A DNA stretch of 64,000 nucleotides from an uncultured bacterium (GTDB lineage: Bacteria; Myxococcota_A; UBA9042; PHBI01). The translations under genes were made by a program, and so were the position numbers. Of the stretch, positions 16,064 through 24,771 are shown in pieces. The stretch lies in contig CALHXW010000314.1 of assembly GCA_938040325.1 (NCBI GenBank), positions 9,154 to 73,153 of the forward strand. The letters are read 5' to 3'. How positions within the stretch are numbered: position 1 is the first letter of the stretch; each line of letters starts with the position of its first letter. The notes under the pieces were generated by a model that worked only from the letters and a program-made list of their open reading frames with translations, was not told the DNA's origin and searched no databases.

Positions 16064-16771
16064 TCAGCGGCGCAACACCATGAAGAGCCCGTAGCCCACC
16101 GGGAGGCGGACCCCTCGCTCGATGAGCGCGAGCTCGGCGTCGAAGATGTTGCCGCAGATCCGGTCGATCGTCGACGTCGCCGCTGGCTTCGGCTGTCTCC
16201 CCTGCCCCTTCCAGCGCCAGAGCCCCCGCGCTAGCACCGCCGCAGGCATGAGAGCGCCGACATACCAGCCCAGCTCAAGCACCGCTGCCTCCGGTGGCAC
16301 GGCGTCAGCGAGGCGCGCTCGCGTGTAGCGCCGTCGATGCCCCAGCGCCACGTCGTGGTCTGACCAGAGCCACGGATGGGCGGGCACCGTCGCCACAACG
16401 AGGCCGCCCGGTTTGAGGGAATCGAGGCACCACCGAAGCGCCTGCCGGTCGTCGTCGAGGTGCTCGAGGACTTCAAGCGCAACGATGATGTCCCAACTGC
16501 CGGAGTCGCCGATCGCCATGCAGCGGCGAACGCGGTGGTCCGCGGCCAGCAGCCGCCGGGCTCGCTCGCTCGTCTCGGCGACGTCAACCGGCCCGCCGGC
16601 GAGGGCCGACAGCACCGCGAGGTTCGGACCGTCCGCCGCGCCGAGCTCCAAGATGTCGGGCGTGGTGCCTGGCGCGTGCCGCTCGATGAGGTGACGCATG
16701 AGCCGCAGCCGCCCGCGGCGAACCCAGGTCCCGGCGTCGCGCTGCCAGCTATGGAACACCTGCTCATCCAT
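16064..16771 (-). CDS. Class I SAM-dependent methyltransferase
   Basis: Motifs: ILELGAADGPNL (motif I), IVALEVLEHLDDD and LKPGGLVV. The ATG at 16771 overlaps the upstream gene by 8 nt. Confidence 0.85.
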   Translation of the reverse strand: MDEQVFHSWQRDAGTWVRRGRLRLMRHLIERHAPGTTPDILELGAADGPNLAVLSALAGGPVDVAETSERARRLLAADHRVRRCMAIGDSGSWDIIVALEVLEHLDDDRQALRWCLDSLKPGGLVVATVPAHPWLWSDHDVALGHRRRYTRARLADAVPPEAAVLELGWYVGALMPAAVLARGLWRWKGQGRQPKPAATSTIDRICGNIFDAELALIERGVRLPVGYGLFMVLRR

Positions 16772-17501
16772 CGACGGGCTCCGCGGCTGAGCGACACACC
16801 CGCAGCGCGCTGAGCAACATGACGCCGTAGACCGCTCCCTGATAGAAGCTTCGGATGTCAGGTCGCGGGGTGCCGTCGGGGTAGAAGTAGTCGTTGCTGC
16901 CGCTGCCCCGTGGGAGGACGATGTCGCTGAGCTGACTCAGCACCACGACCGCGCAAAAGAGCAGCGTGTCGTGACGCAAGCGCGTGACAGGCGCCAGCCA
17001 GCGCTCGCTCGCCGGCCACAAACGCATCATTGCCGGCAGACCGCACCAGATGGCGACCGCCGGTACCGCGAGCGTCAGCGACAGGTCGCTGTACCAGGCC
17101 GAGCCGGTGCGGGGCGCCGTGTGTAGCGAGTCACCGCCGACCCAGCCCTGGAGGAGGCTGTGGCCGAGATCGACGCCGTAGACCGCCCCCCAGTGAATCT
17201 CCTCAAGCAGGAGCAGCAGGGCATAGAGCGTGAGCAACACGCTGAGGCCGATGGCGAGCCACGATGGACCGCGCCCGATGCGCCGCCGACGCCCGAGCAG
17301 CCGCATGCTCGCGACGCCCCAAGCACCGGCGGCCGCAAGGAGCACAACGTGAGACGCGTGCTCGATCGGCCCCTCCGTCATCGACAAGAGCAAAAGCGGC
17401 TCGGGCCACACGTACACGAGCAGCCACCACGTCAGCGACACGCCGACGACGATGGCCAGCGGCGTGCTGCGGATCCCAGACGGCGTCGGGTTGTCGGTCA
17501 A
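16764..17501 (-). CDS. Polytopic membrane protein, unknown function
   Basis: About 6-7 hydrophobic segments. A candidate TTG start at 17501 forms a TTGA overlap with the upstream rSAM stop (17498-17501). The track start is 17579. Confidence 0.55.
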   Translation of the reverse strand: MTDNPTPSGIRSTPLAIVVGVSLTWWLLVYVWPEPLLLLSMTEGPIEHASHVVLLAAAGAWGVASMRLLGRRRRIGRGPSWLAIGLSVLLTLYALLLLLEEIHWGAVYGVDLGHSLLQGWVGGDSLHTAPRTGSAWYSDLSLTLAVPAVAIWCGLPAMMRLWPASERWLAPVTRLRHDTLLFCAVVVLSQLSDIVLPRGSGSNDYFYPDGTPRPDIRSFYQGAVYGVMLLSALRVCRSAAEPVDG

Positions 17502-18481
17502 CGAAGCCAGGCGGCGTGAAGCGCTGACGGCGATCCAGAGAGGATCAGGTTCATCTCCACACGGGTGTCGCACCAGCAAGCCCGGCAGCTGTCGGGCACT
17601 AAGGCCTTAAACGCCTCGCCAAAGGACTCCGTCGCGAGCGTGCGGCCCGTGGGCTTGCGCACGAGGTTTCCGCAGCCGTAGAGGCTGCCGTCTGGCTCGA
17701 TGCGAGCGTACACCACGCCTGCACTGCACGTGATCGGGGCATAGACCGGCCAGTTCCGAAGGTACTCAAGGCCCGCGATCGAGTTCTGGATGCGCTTGTC
17801 GCCGGCCTTACGGCGGGCGATGAGGTCGTCGACAAACCGGTGCCACTCCTCGGGCTTCGGCGTCAGAGGCGCGAGGTCACGGCGCCCCATGGCCGGGGTG
17901 TCGCGAACGATGGTGAAGCCCGCCTTTCCACCCAGAGATCCCGCCAGTTCCAGCACGGCCTCTGCTTCGCCGAGGTTGTGGCGCGTGACCACCATGTGAA
18001 GATCGACCGACAGCCCCGCTGACCGCGCGGCGCGCGCACCGGTGACGGCGCGCTGGTGCGCCTTGGCGCCACGCTGGATGTCGTGCGCGACGGGCCCGCC
18101 ATCGACGCTCACGGTGAGTCCCGCGAGCTTGCCGGTCAGCGCGCCCAGGTGCTTCGGCACCAGCAGGCCGTTGCTGTGGATGGTGACGTCAACACCCGCG
18201 GCAGCGAGCAGATCCACGATCGGCAGGCACATCGGATGAACGAGGGGCTCCCCCCCGGTGAGCGCCACCCGCTGAACCCCAGCGTCCACCATCTCGCGGG
18301 CGACCTCCAGCATGCGCTCGTTGGGCATCTCGCTTGAGCCGCGATCCCAGCGTCCGCAGTAGTCACACGAGAGGTTGCAGGTGTCGGTCAGCGACCAGCC
18401 CACAAAGACCGGCCGCCGGCGACCAAACACGGCTGCGGCCGCCATCTGGGCGCCCATGCGAATCTTTGTGGGGAGCTTCAT
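17498..18481 (-). CDS. Radical SAM enzyme with twitch/SPASM-like domain (paralog 3)
   Basis: ATG at 18481 is preceded by GGAGACG. Motifs: LTDTCNLSCDYC (CxxxCxxC), GGEPLVHP, CSAGVVYARIEPDGSLYGC (C-x12-G-x4-C) and CRACWC. The track start at 18838 is an Arg/Pro-rich extension. Confidence 0.9.
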   Translation of the reverse strand: MKLPTKIRMGAQMAAAAVFGRRRPVFVGWSLTDTCNLSCDYCGRWDRGSSEMPNERMLEVAREMVDAGVQRVALTGGEPLVHPMCLPIVDLLAAAGVDVTIHSNGLLVPKHLGALTGKLAGLTVSVDGGPVAHDIQRGAKAHQRAVTGARAARSAGLSVDLHMVVTRHNLGEAEAVLELAGSLGGKAGFTIVRDTPAMGRRDLAPLTPKPEEWHRFVDDLIARRKAGDKRIQNSIAGLEYLRNWPVYAPITCSAGVVYARIEPDGSLYGCGNLVRKPTGRTLATESFGEAFKALVPDSCRACWCDTRVEMNLILSGSPSALHAAWLR

Positions 18482-18656
18482 CGTCTCCGCCCGTGACGGC
18501 AAGGCCGCCCAAGGGAACAAAGGGGTGCAGGCAGAGCGCCCGCTGTCGGCCCACAGCGTAGCACCGTCGGCGAAGGCGGAGCAACGGGCAAGCCGGCGCG
18601 CTGCCGGCCCGTGAGACGGCCGCACCCGCTGCGAAGACGGGCACCGAGAGCATGGT

Positions 18657-19715
18657 GTGATATGGTCGAGGCGGTCGCGCATGGTGGCGCCTGACTCCGA
18701 CGAGGTCTTCGACACCCCGATGAGACGAACACAACAAGCAGGCGCGGCACTCGGGATGGCGCGGGCACGCTTCCTCGGCCAGCGAGTGCCTGTAGCGGTG
18801 CGCATCAACCTCAACAACCGCTGCCACTCGCGCTGCACCTACTGCTCGTTTTGGTACACGCCGACCGAGGAGATGAGCACCTCCGAGGTCCGCAGCATCA
18901 TCGCCCAGCTAGGCCGTCTCGGCACCAAGCGCCTGTCGCTCAGCGGTGGCGAGCCGATGCTCCGCAAGGACCTTGGGGAGCTGATCGAGACGGCTGTTGC
19001 AGCCGGGATCTCGGTCGGACTCAACACGACAGGCTACCTCTTTCGGCGTCGCATCGCCGCGCTGCGATCGCTTGACCTCGTGAAGTTCTCCGTAGACGGC
19101 CCCCGCGAGGTCCATGATGCGGTTCGCGGCCGCGACGGCGCCTTCGACGAGCTGCTCGACGCCATCGAGGTTGCGAAGTCCGAGGGACTGCGTTTCTCGT
19201 TTGCCTTTACGATGACCGGCGACAGCCTCAGCGCCGTCCCTTGGGCCATCGACTTCGCCGAGCAGCACGGCACCTTCGTGGCGTTTCAGCCCGTGATGGC
19301 CCACGAACACGCCAGCGCTGACGTGGAAGCCAACTTTCCGTCCGAGAGCGACTACCGCGACACGATCGCACTCCTCGAGCGGGAGAAGCGACGCCGACCC
19401 AAGACGATCCGCAACTCCCTGGGGGGCCTCGACCACATCAGGAGTTGGCCCAAGATCAGCGGCCTGAAGTGCTGGGCGGGTGACGTGTTTATGGTCATTG
19501 AGCCCAACGGCGACCTGCTGCCATGCGACCGCATCACCTACGACAGGCCGACGCCCAACTGCCGGACGACATCTGTTCGCGACGCGCTAGCGCAGCTGCC
19601 GCCGGTGGACTGCGCTGGCTGCGGGTTTTGCGGCTCGGTGGAGCTCAACCTCCTCATGGCCGGCAAGGTCGCCGACGTGGTCCCCGCGGTGCTCGGCGTG
19701 ACCTCAAGCCGGTGA
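18657..19715 (+). CDS. Radical SAM enzyme with twitch/SPASM-like domain (paralog 4)
   Basis: Motifs: NLNNRCHSRCTYC (CxxxCxxC), GGEPMLRKD, CWAGDVFMVIEPNGDLLPC (C-x12-G-x4-C) and CAGCGFCGS. By comparison with the paralogs, the likely true start is ATG 18681 or 18720. Confidence 0.9.
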   Translation: MIWSRRSRMVAPDSDEVFDTPMRRTQQAGAALGMARARFLGQRVPVAVRINLNNRCHSRCTYCSFWYTPTEEMSTSEVRSIIAQLGRLGTKRLSLSGGEPMLRKDLGELIETAVAAGISVGLNTTGYLFRRRIAALRSLDLVKFSVDGPREVHDAVRGRDGAFDELLDAIEVAKSEGLRFSFAFTMTGDSLSAVPWAIDFAEQHGTFVAFQPVMAHEHASADVEANFPSESDYRDTIALLEREKRRRPKTIRNSLGGLDHIRSWPKISGLKCWAGDVFMVIEPNGDLLPCDRITYDRPTPNCRTTSVRDALAQLPPVDCAGCGFCGSVELNLLMAGKVADVVPAVLGVTSSR

Positions 19716-20710
19716 AGCGCGCGCTCGTCACGGGCGCTGCCGGACACATCGGTGGCTGGGTGACACGGCTGCTGCTCGAGCGCGGCGTCTCGGTCACGGC
19801 CCTCGATCGTCGGCCAGTCAACGTCGAGGCGCTGCGCCATCCAAGCCACGGCGCGTCGCTTCGCGCCATCACGGGCGACGTCCGCAAGCCCGATGCCCTC
19901 AAGCGGGCACTCGACGTCGGGCCGCCCGACGCGATCTTTCACCTTGCGATGGAGCTCTGGACGGGCACGGAGTCGCCGAGCGAGCTCACCAGCATTGCCG
20001 TCGACGGGATCGACATCCTCCTGGACGTCGTGGCCTCCATGAGCCCCAGCCCGCGCGTCGTCTACACGAGTTCCTGCGCAACGCTGGGCGTCAGCCGTGA
20101 CCCGACAGCGCCGTGCACCGAGCGGGACCGCGCGCAACACGCCAGCACGCCCTACGTGGCGGCCAAGCTCGCCGCTGAAGCGCGGCTACGTGAGCGGCTC
20201 GAGGAGGCACGCGATGTCGATGTCGTGACCACCCTGCCCTCGATGACCATTGGCCCCCGCGACCCACGCGGCACACCGTCGAACAGGCGGGTCGCTGCCA
20301 TGCTCAAGAGCTGGTGGAACCCCCTCACGCTCGCAGGCGGTCTCAACGTTGTCGACGTTCGCGACGTGGCCCTTGGCCACCTCCAAGCGTTCGACCATGG
20401 CGCAACAGGCGCACGCTACATCCTCGGCGGCCACAACCTCACGTTTGCGGAGCTCACACGCGCCTGCCAGCGAGCGGCCGGCTGGCGCGCGCTCCCCCCG
20501 GTCTCCCTGCCCGCACGGCTCTTGCTGCCAGGTGTGCGAGCGGTCCAAGCGCTGACAACCCGACTGGGAAGGCGCCCCTTCGTCACGACCGAGCAGGTCG
20601 AGCAGCGCATCGGCCGCTACGCGTTCGTCGACCACAGCCTGGCCAGCGAGCAGCTCGGGTACCGCCCGCGGGCACTTGCGGAGACGCTGCGAGCGGTCGC
20701 AGAGCGATGA
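19712..20710 (+). CDS. NAD-dependent epimerase/dehydratase (SDR family)
   Basis: VKRALVTGAAGHIGGWVTRLLLERG contains the GxxGxxG motif at the N-terminus. The GTG start at 19712 overlaps the rSAM stop (GTGA at 19712-19715). The track start at 19523 lies in the rSAM gene. Confidence 0.85.
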   Translation: MKRALVTGAAGHIGGWVTRLLLERGVSVTALDRRPVNVEALRHPSHGASLRAITGDVRKPDALKRALDVGPPDAIFHLAMELWTGTESPSELTSIAVDGIDILLDVVASMSPSPRVVYTSSCATLGVSRDPTAPCTERDRAQHASTPYVAAKLAAEARLRERLEEARDVDVVTTLPSMTIGPRDPRGTPSNRRVAAMLKSWWNPLTLAGGLNVVDVRDVALGHLQAFDHGATGARYILGGHNLTFAELTRACQRAAGWRALPPVSLPARLLLPGVRAVQALTTRLGRRPFVTTEQVEQRIGRYAFVDHSLASEQLGYRPRALAETLRAVAER

Positions 20711-20720
20711 GTGTAGCGCT

Positions 20721-21704
20721 ATGGTCATGAGCCACGACGCCAACGACCACGGAGGAGCGACCATCCGAGCGAGCGGAACCGACAACGTCATCACGCCAGG
20801 CCTCGTCGCCGTGTGCTCGCGAAGCGTGTCGCGGCACCCGGTGCTGCGCGATCGTCTTGCGGCCCTCGGTGCTCCCCTTCGCCTCAACGACGCGGGCCGG
20901 CGACTGGCGGGCGACGAGCTCCAGCGCTTCCTCTCGGGCGCTCGCCAAGCGATCGTCGGGCTGGAGACCATCGACGAGCAACTCTTGGCGGCCTGCCCGG
21001 ACCTACAGCACGTGTCAAAGGTCGGTGTAGGCACCGACAACCTCGACTTCGATGCTCTCGAGCGGCACGGGGTCAGCGTTCACGTCAGGCCAGGGGTCAA
21101 CCGCCGCAGCGTCGCGGAGCTTGCGATCGCGATGGCCATCTCCCTGCTGCGCCACGTTGGCGTCGCCGATCGCGCCATTCGCTCTGGCGCGTTCCCGCGG
21201 CTCATCGGCCGCGAGCTCAGCGCCTGCACCCTCGGCGTGCTCGGCTGCGGCAACGTCGGCAAGGAGGTCGTCCGGCTTCTCTCCGGCTGGGGCGTCACAC
21301 TCTTGGCCCACGACATCGTCGACTTCCGCGCCTTCTACGCGCGCCACGACGTGGAGGCCGTGTCGCTCCAGGAGCTGCTGGCGCGCTCGGATGTGCTGAC
21401 CCTTCACCTGCCGCTCGACGCCTCGACACGCGGCCTCATCGATGCGGCGGCGCTGTCGGCCATGAAGCCTCAGTCCGTGCTGGTGCAGACCTCGCGTGGC
21501 GGCATCGTTGACGAAGGCGCCTTGGTCGAGGCGCTCGAGACAGGCCACCTCCTCGGCGCCGGACTCGACGTGTTCGCCGCAGAGCCGCCGGCCGGGAGCC
21601 CGCTGCTCGCGTCTGACAAGGTCCTGCTCACCTCTCACCTCGGCGGTAGCACCGAGGAGGCCGTCCTCGCGATGGGCCATGCCGCCATCGATGGGCTCCG
21701 CTGA
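20721..21704 (+). CDS. D-isomer-specific 2-hydroxyacid dehydrogenase (PGDH-like)
   Basis: Motifs: LGVLGCGNVGKEVVRLL (NAD fold), LTLHLPL and VQTSRGGIVDE. ATG at 20721 lies 10 nt after the previous stop. Confidence 0.85.
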   Translation: MVMSHDANDHGGATIRASGTDNVITPGLVAVCSRSVSRHPVLRDRLAALGAPLRLNDAGRRLAGDELQRFLSGARQAIVGLETIDEQLLAACPDLQHVSKVGVGTDNLDFDALERHGVSVHVRPGVNRRSVAELAIAMAISLLRHVGVADRAIRSGAFPRLIGRELSACTLGVLGCGNVGKEVVRLLSGWGVTLLAHDIVDFRAFYARHDVEAVSLQELLARSDVLTLHLPLDASTRGLIDAAALSAMKPQSVLVQTSRGGIVDEGALVEALETGHLLGAGLDVFAAEPPAGSPLLASDKVLLTSHLGGSTEEAVLAMGHAAIDGLR

Positions 21705-21870
21705 GCCTCCGTTGTGGACGGCGACGCATTTAGGTCCGGACGCCGCCGCCTCGGCCGGCGAGGTGTGTCGGGCCCCTTCAAGAAGTCGGACCGAAGAGAT
21801 CGGCGATGGACCGTCGAGGAGATAGGAACGACCTTCCGGCATCTACGACTGGCACGCGCCGCGGCCACTC

Positions 21871-22401
21871 ATGTACGCTCGGCGCGTGACGACGACCTCC
21901 AGCTCCGACCTCGACTCCCGGCTCAAGCGTATTGCGCTGGTCGTGCTCGACGTTGACGGCGTGCTGACCGACGGCCGCATCACCTACCTAGGCCCCGAGG
22001 TCGGCTGGACACGAACCTTCCACGTCCATGACGGCCACGGCATCAAGCTGCTTTTGCGCGCGGGCTTGCCGGTCGCTGTGCTCTCGGCCGACGACAACCC
22101 GGCGATGCGCGCACGCGTCGCCATGCTCGGCATCGAGCACGCCGAGTACGGCTGCGAAGACAAGCGTGACGCACTCACGCGACTGCAGAGCACGTGCGGC
22201 GCGACGGACGCGACGACGCTGTACATGGGCGACGAGCTCTTCGACGTGCCGATCATCGAGCGCGTAGCGGTCGGCGTCTCCGTGGCCGATGCACGCCCCG
22301 AAGCGCGGGCGGCTGCCGATTTTGTGACCGAGCGAGGCGGAGGCCGTGGCGCTGTTCGCGAAGTCATCGACAGGCTCCGTGCTGCCAAAGGGATGGCGTG
22401 A
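21871..22401 (+). CDS. KdsC-like HAD-IIIA phosphatase (3-deoxy-ulosonate phosphate phosphatase family)
   Basis: Motifs: IALVVLDVDGVLTDGRI, HVHDGHGIKLL, LYMGDELFDVPIIERV and GGGRGAVREVIDRL. Confidence 0.85.
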   Translation: MYARRVTTTSSSDLDSRLKRIALVVLDVDGVLTDGRITYLGPEVGWTRTFHVHDGHGIKLLLRAGLPVAVLSADDNPAMRARVAMLGIEHAEYGCEDKRDALTRLQSTCGATDATTLYMGDELFDVPIIERVAVGVSVADARPEARAAADFVTERGGGRGAVREVIDRLRAAKGMA

Positions 22402-23177
22402 CCGACGTGTCTAACACCACGCCGCTCCGACAGGCGCTCCAGACAGGCCCGGCCGTGATCGGGAGCTGGATGGGGCTCGCCGACCCGGCGATCGCCGAGG
22501 TCCTCTGTGAGGCCGGCTGTCGCTGGCTTGGCATTGACCTTGAGCACTCGACGACAACACTCGCTCAGGCCGGAGCTCTCATTCAGACGGCTCGGGCAGC
22601 AGGCGTCGACCCGATGGTGCGACTGTCGACCAACGATGCGACCCAGATCGCTCGGGTCATGGACGCCGGCGCCACCGGGATCATCGTGCCGCACGTCAAC
22701 AGCCGCGCCGACGTCGATCGGGCCTACCAGGCGATGCACTACCCGCCTGCCGGCACGCGTGGCACCGGGCTGTCGCGTGCCCAAGGCTGGGGCGAGCGCT
22801 TCACCGAGTACCGCCAGTGGCTTGGCCGCAGCGCCGTATTGGTCGCTCAGATCGAACACTTCGAGGCGCTCAACCACCTCGACGCCATCTTCAGCCACCC
22901 AGGTCTCGACGCCTACATGATCGGCCCCTACGATCTCTCGTCGTCACTCGGCCACGCCGGCGACTTCACGCCGGAGCCGTTTTTGGCGGCGATCGACAGC
23001 GTCAAAGCCGCCGCCGCCCGGCATGGCGTGGCGGCCGGCTACCACCTCGTCGAGCCGAACCCCGACGAGCTCGCGCGCCTTGTGGCTGAGGGCTACCGGT
23101 TCGTCGCATACAGCGTCGACTTCCGGCTCTTGGCACGCGGCTTTCGGTCAGGACTGGCAGGGCTTGAGCGCTCATGA
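22398..23177 (+). CDS. HpcH/HpaI-family class II (pyruvate) aldolase
   Basis: Motifs: IGSWMGLADPAIAEVLCEAGCRWLGIDLEHS, RLSTNDATQIARVMDAGATGIIVPHV and HYPPAGTRG. The GTG start at 22398 forms a GTGA overlap with the KdsC-like stop. Confidence 0.85.
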   Translation: MTDVSNTTPLRQALQTGPAVIGSWMGLADPAIAEVLCEAGCRWLGIDLEHSTTTLAQAGALIQTARAAGVDPMVRLSTNDATQIARVMDAGATGIIVPHVNSRADVDRAYQAMHYPPAGTRGTGLSRAQGWGERFTEYRQWLGRSAVLVAQIEHFEALNHLDAIFSHPGLDAYMIGPYDLSSSLGHAGDFTPEPFLAAIDSVKAAAARHGVAAGYHLVEPNPDELARLVAEGYRFVAYSVDFRLLARGFRSGLAGLERS

Positions 23178-24154
23178 CCGCTCATCGGCCACCGATCCGG
23201 CTGGGTATCATCGGGGCCGGCGTGATGGGTGCCCGCCGTGAGGCCGCCGCGCTCGCTGACCCTAGGTTTGCCCACGTGGCAACCGTGGACGGTCAAGCCG
23301 CCGCGGACGACATGCTGCGCTCCGACGCGCTAGACGCCGTCGTGATCGCGGTGACTCCAGACGCGGCGCCTGGTCTCACGGCAACCGCGCTCGAACGTGG
23401 TCTGCATGTCCTGTGCGAGAAGCCGCCAGCCCGATCGCTGGCTGAGCTTGGTCCGGTCATCGATGCCGCCCGGCGGCACCCGGACACACAGCTCGCGTTC
23501 GGCTTCAACCACCGGCACCACGGCTCCGTCGTTGCGGCTCGCGCGCTCGTCGCGAGCGGGCGCTACGGTACCGTTGTCGGCATGCGTGGCGTCTACGGCA
23601 AACGCGCCGACGGCATGTCTGGCTGGCGCACGGAGCCGGCGACGAGTGGCGGCGGTATCCTGCGCGACCAAGGTGTTCACATGGTCGACCTGATGCATGT
23701 CTTTGCGGGCGGGCCCTTCACCGACGTCACCGGGCGCATCTCGCACACCCACCAAGCGGACGTCGAGGACAGCGCCTGGGCGCTCCTGACGACCGACACA
23801 GGCGTTGTTGCCACGCTCTGCTCGAGCGCGGTCGAGGCCCGAGAGATCTTCCGGCTCGAGCTGATGTTGAGCGACGGCCGCTTAACGCTCGCAGGCATCT
23901 TGAGTGGGTCTGGCGCTTACGCACCCGAGCGCCTCATCGCCGAGCGCCCGGGCGCCGAGCCGGCGGTCACGTCCTACGCGGTCGACCACTCGTGGGCGCA
24001 CGAGCTCAGCGCGTTCGGCGACGCGATTGAGCGCGGGACCGCCGTCGCGGACGGCACGCTGTCGCAGGCTGCGGCGGCCACCCGAGTCGTCGATGGTATC
24101 TATGCGTCAGCGAGCCGGCGCGACAGTGCGCGCCGGGAAGGAACACGAGCATGA
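23174..24154 (+). CDS. Gfo/Idh/MocA-family NAD(P) oxidoreductase
   Basis: Motifs: IRLGIIGAGVMG and HVLCEKPPA. ATGA overlap with the upstream stop at 23174-23177. Confidence 0.85.
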   Translation: MTAHRPPIRLGIIGAGVMGARREAAALADPRFAHVATVDGQAAADDMLRSDALDAVVIAVTPDAAPGLTATALERGLHVLCEKPPARSLAELGPVIDAARRHPDTQLAFGFNHRHHGSVVAARALVASGRYGTVVGMRGVYGKRADGMSGWRTEPATSGGGILRDQGVHMVDLMHVFAGGPFTDVTGRISHTHQADVEDSAWALLTTDTGVVATLCSSAVEAREIFRLELMLSDGRLTLAGILSGSGAYAPERLIAERPGAEPAVTSYAVDHSWAHELSAFGDAIERGTAVADGTLSQAAAATRVVDGIYASASRRDSARREGTRA

Positions 24155-24771
24155 GCCAAACCACGGACTGGTTTGACGCCACCGACGGACCCGAGGCGTT
24201 TGCCAGCGCTTACCTCTCCCACGTCCGCGGCGTGCTGGCGGCGGTCGACCGCGCAAGCGTCGCTGCCGCCATCGAGCTGCTTGACGCGACCCGAACCGCC
24301 GCCGGACGGGTGTGGGTCATCGGCAACGGTGGAAGCGCCGCCGCCGCCAGTCACTTCGCCAACGACCTGGTTGCCGTCGTTGGCTCTCCGCCCTTCACCG
24401 CGTTCAGCCTCACCGACAACCCCGCTGTCCTCACGGCCATCGCCAACGACCACGGCTACGCCGACGTCTTTGCGCGACAGCTCCACGGCCGGTGCCGCGC
24501 CGGCGACCTCGTGGTCGCGATCAGCGCGTCCGGCAACTCCGGCAACGTCCTCCGAGCCGTCGACGTGGCGCACGCTTGCGGTGCGCATGTGCTCGCGCTC
24601 TCTGGGTTTGACGGTGGTGGCGCGCTTGCTGCGGCGGCTGACGCCGCGGTGATCGTCCCGTCTCGTGCAGGCGAGTACGGCCCTGTGGAGGGAACGTTCT
24701 CCGTGCTCTTGCACGTCATAGCGAACTACCTGGCTCTGAAGGCGGCACCGACGGAGCCTGGTGATGCCTAG
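24151..24771 (+). CDS. SIS-domain sugar-phosphate isomerase (GmhA-like, no CBS domains)
   Basis: Motifs: VWVIGNGGSAAAASHFANDL and VAISASGNSGNVL. ATGA overlap at 24151-24154. Confidence 0.85.
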   Translation: MSQTTDWFDATDGPEAFASAYLSHVRGVLAAVDRASVAAAIELLDATRTAAGRVWVIGNGGSAAAASHFANDLVAVVGSPPFTAFSLTDNPAVLTAIANDHGYADVFARQLHGRCRAGDLVVAISASGNSGNVLRAVDVAHACGAHVLALSGFDGGGALAAAADAAVIVPSRAGEYGPVEGTFSVLLHVIANYLALKAAPTEPGDA

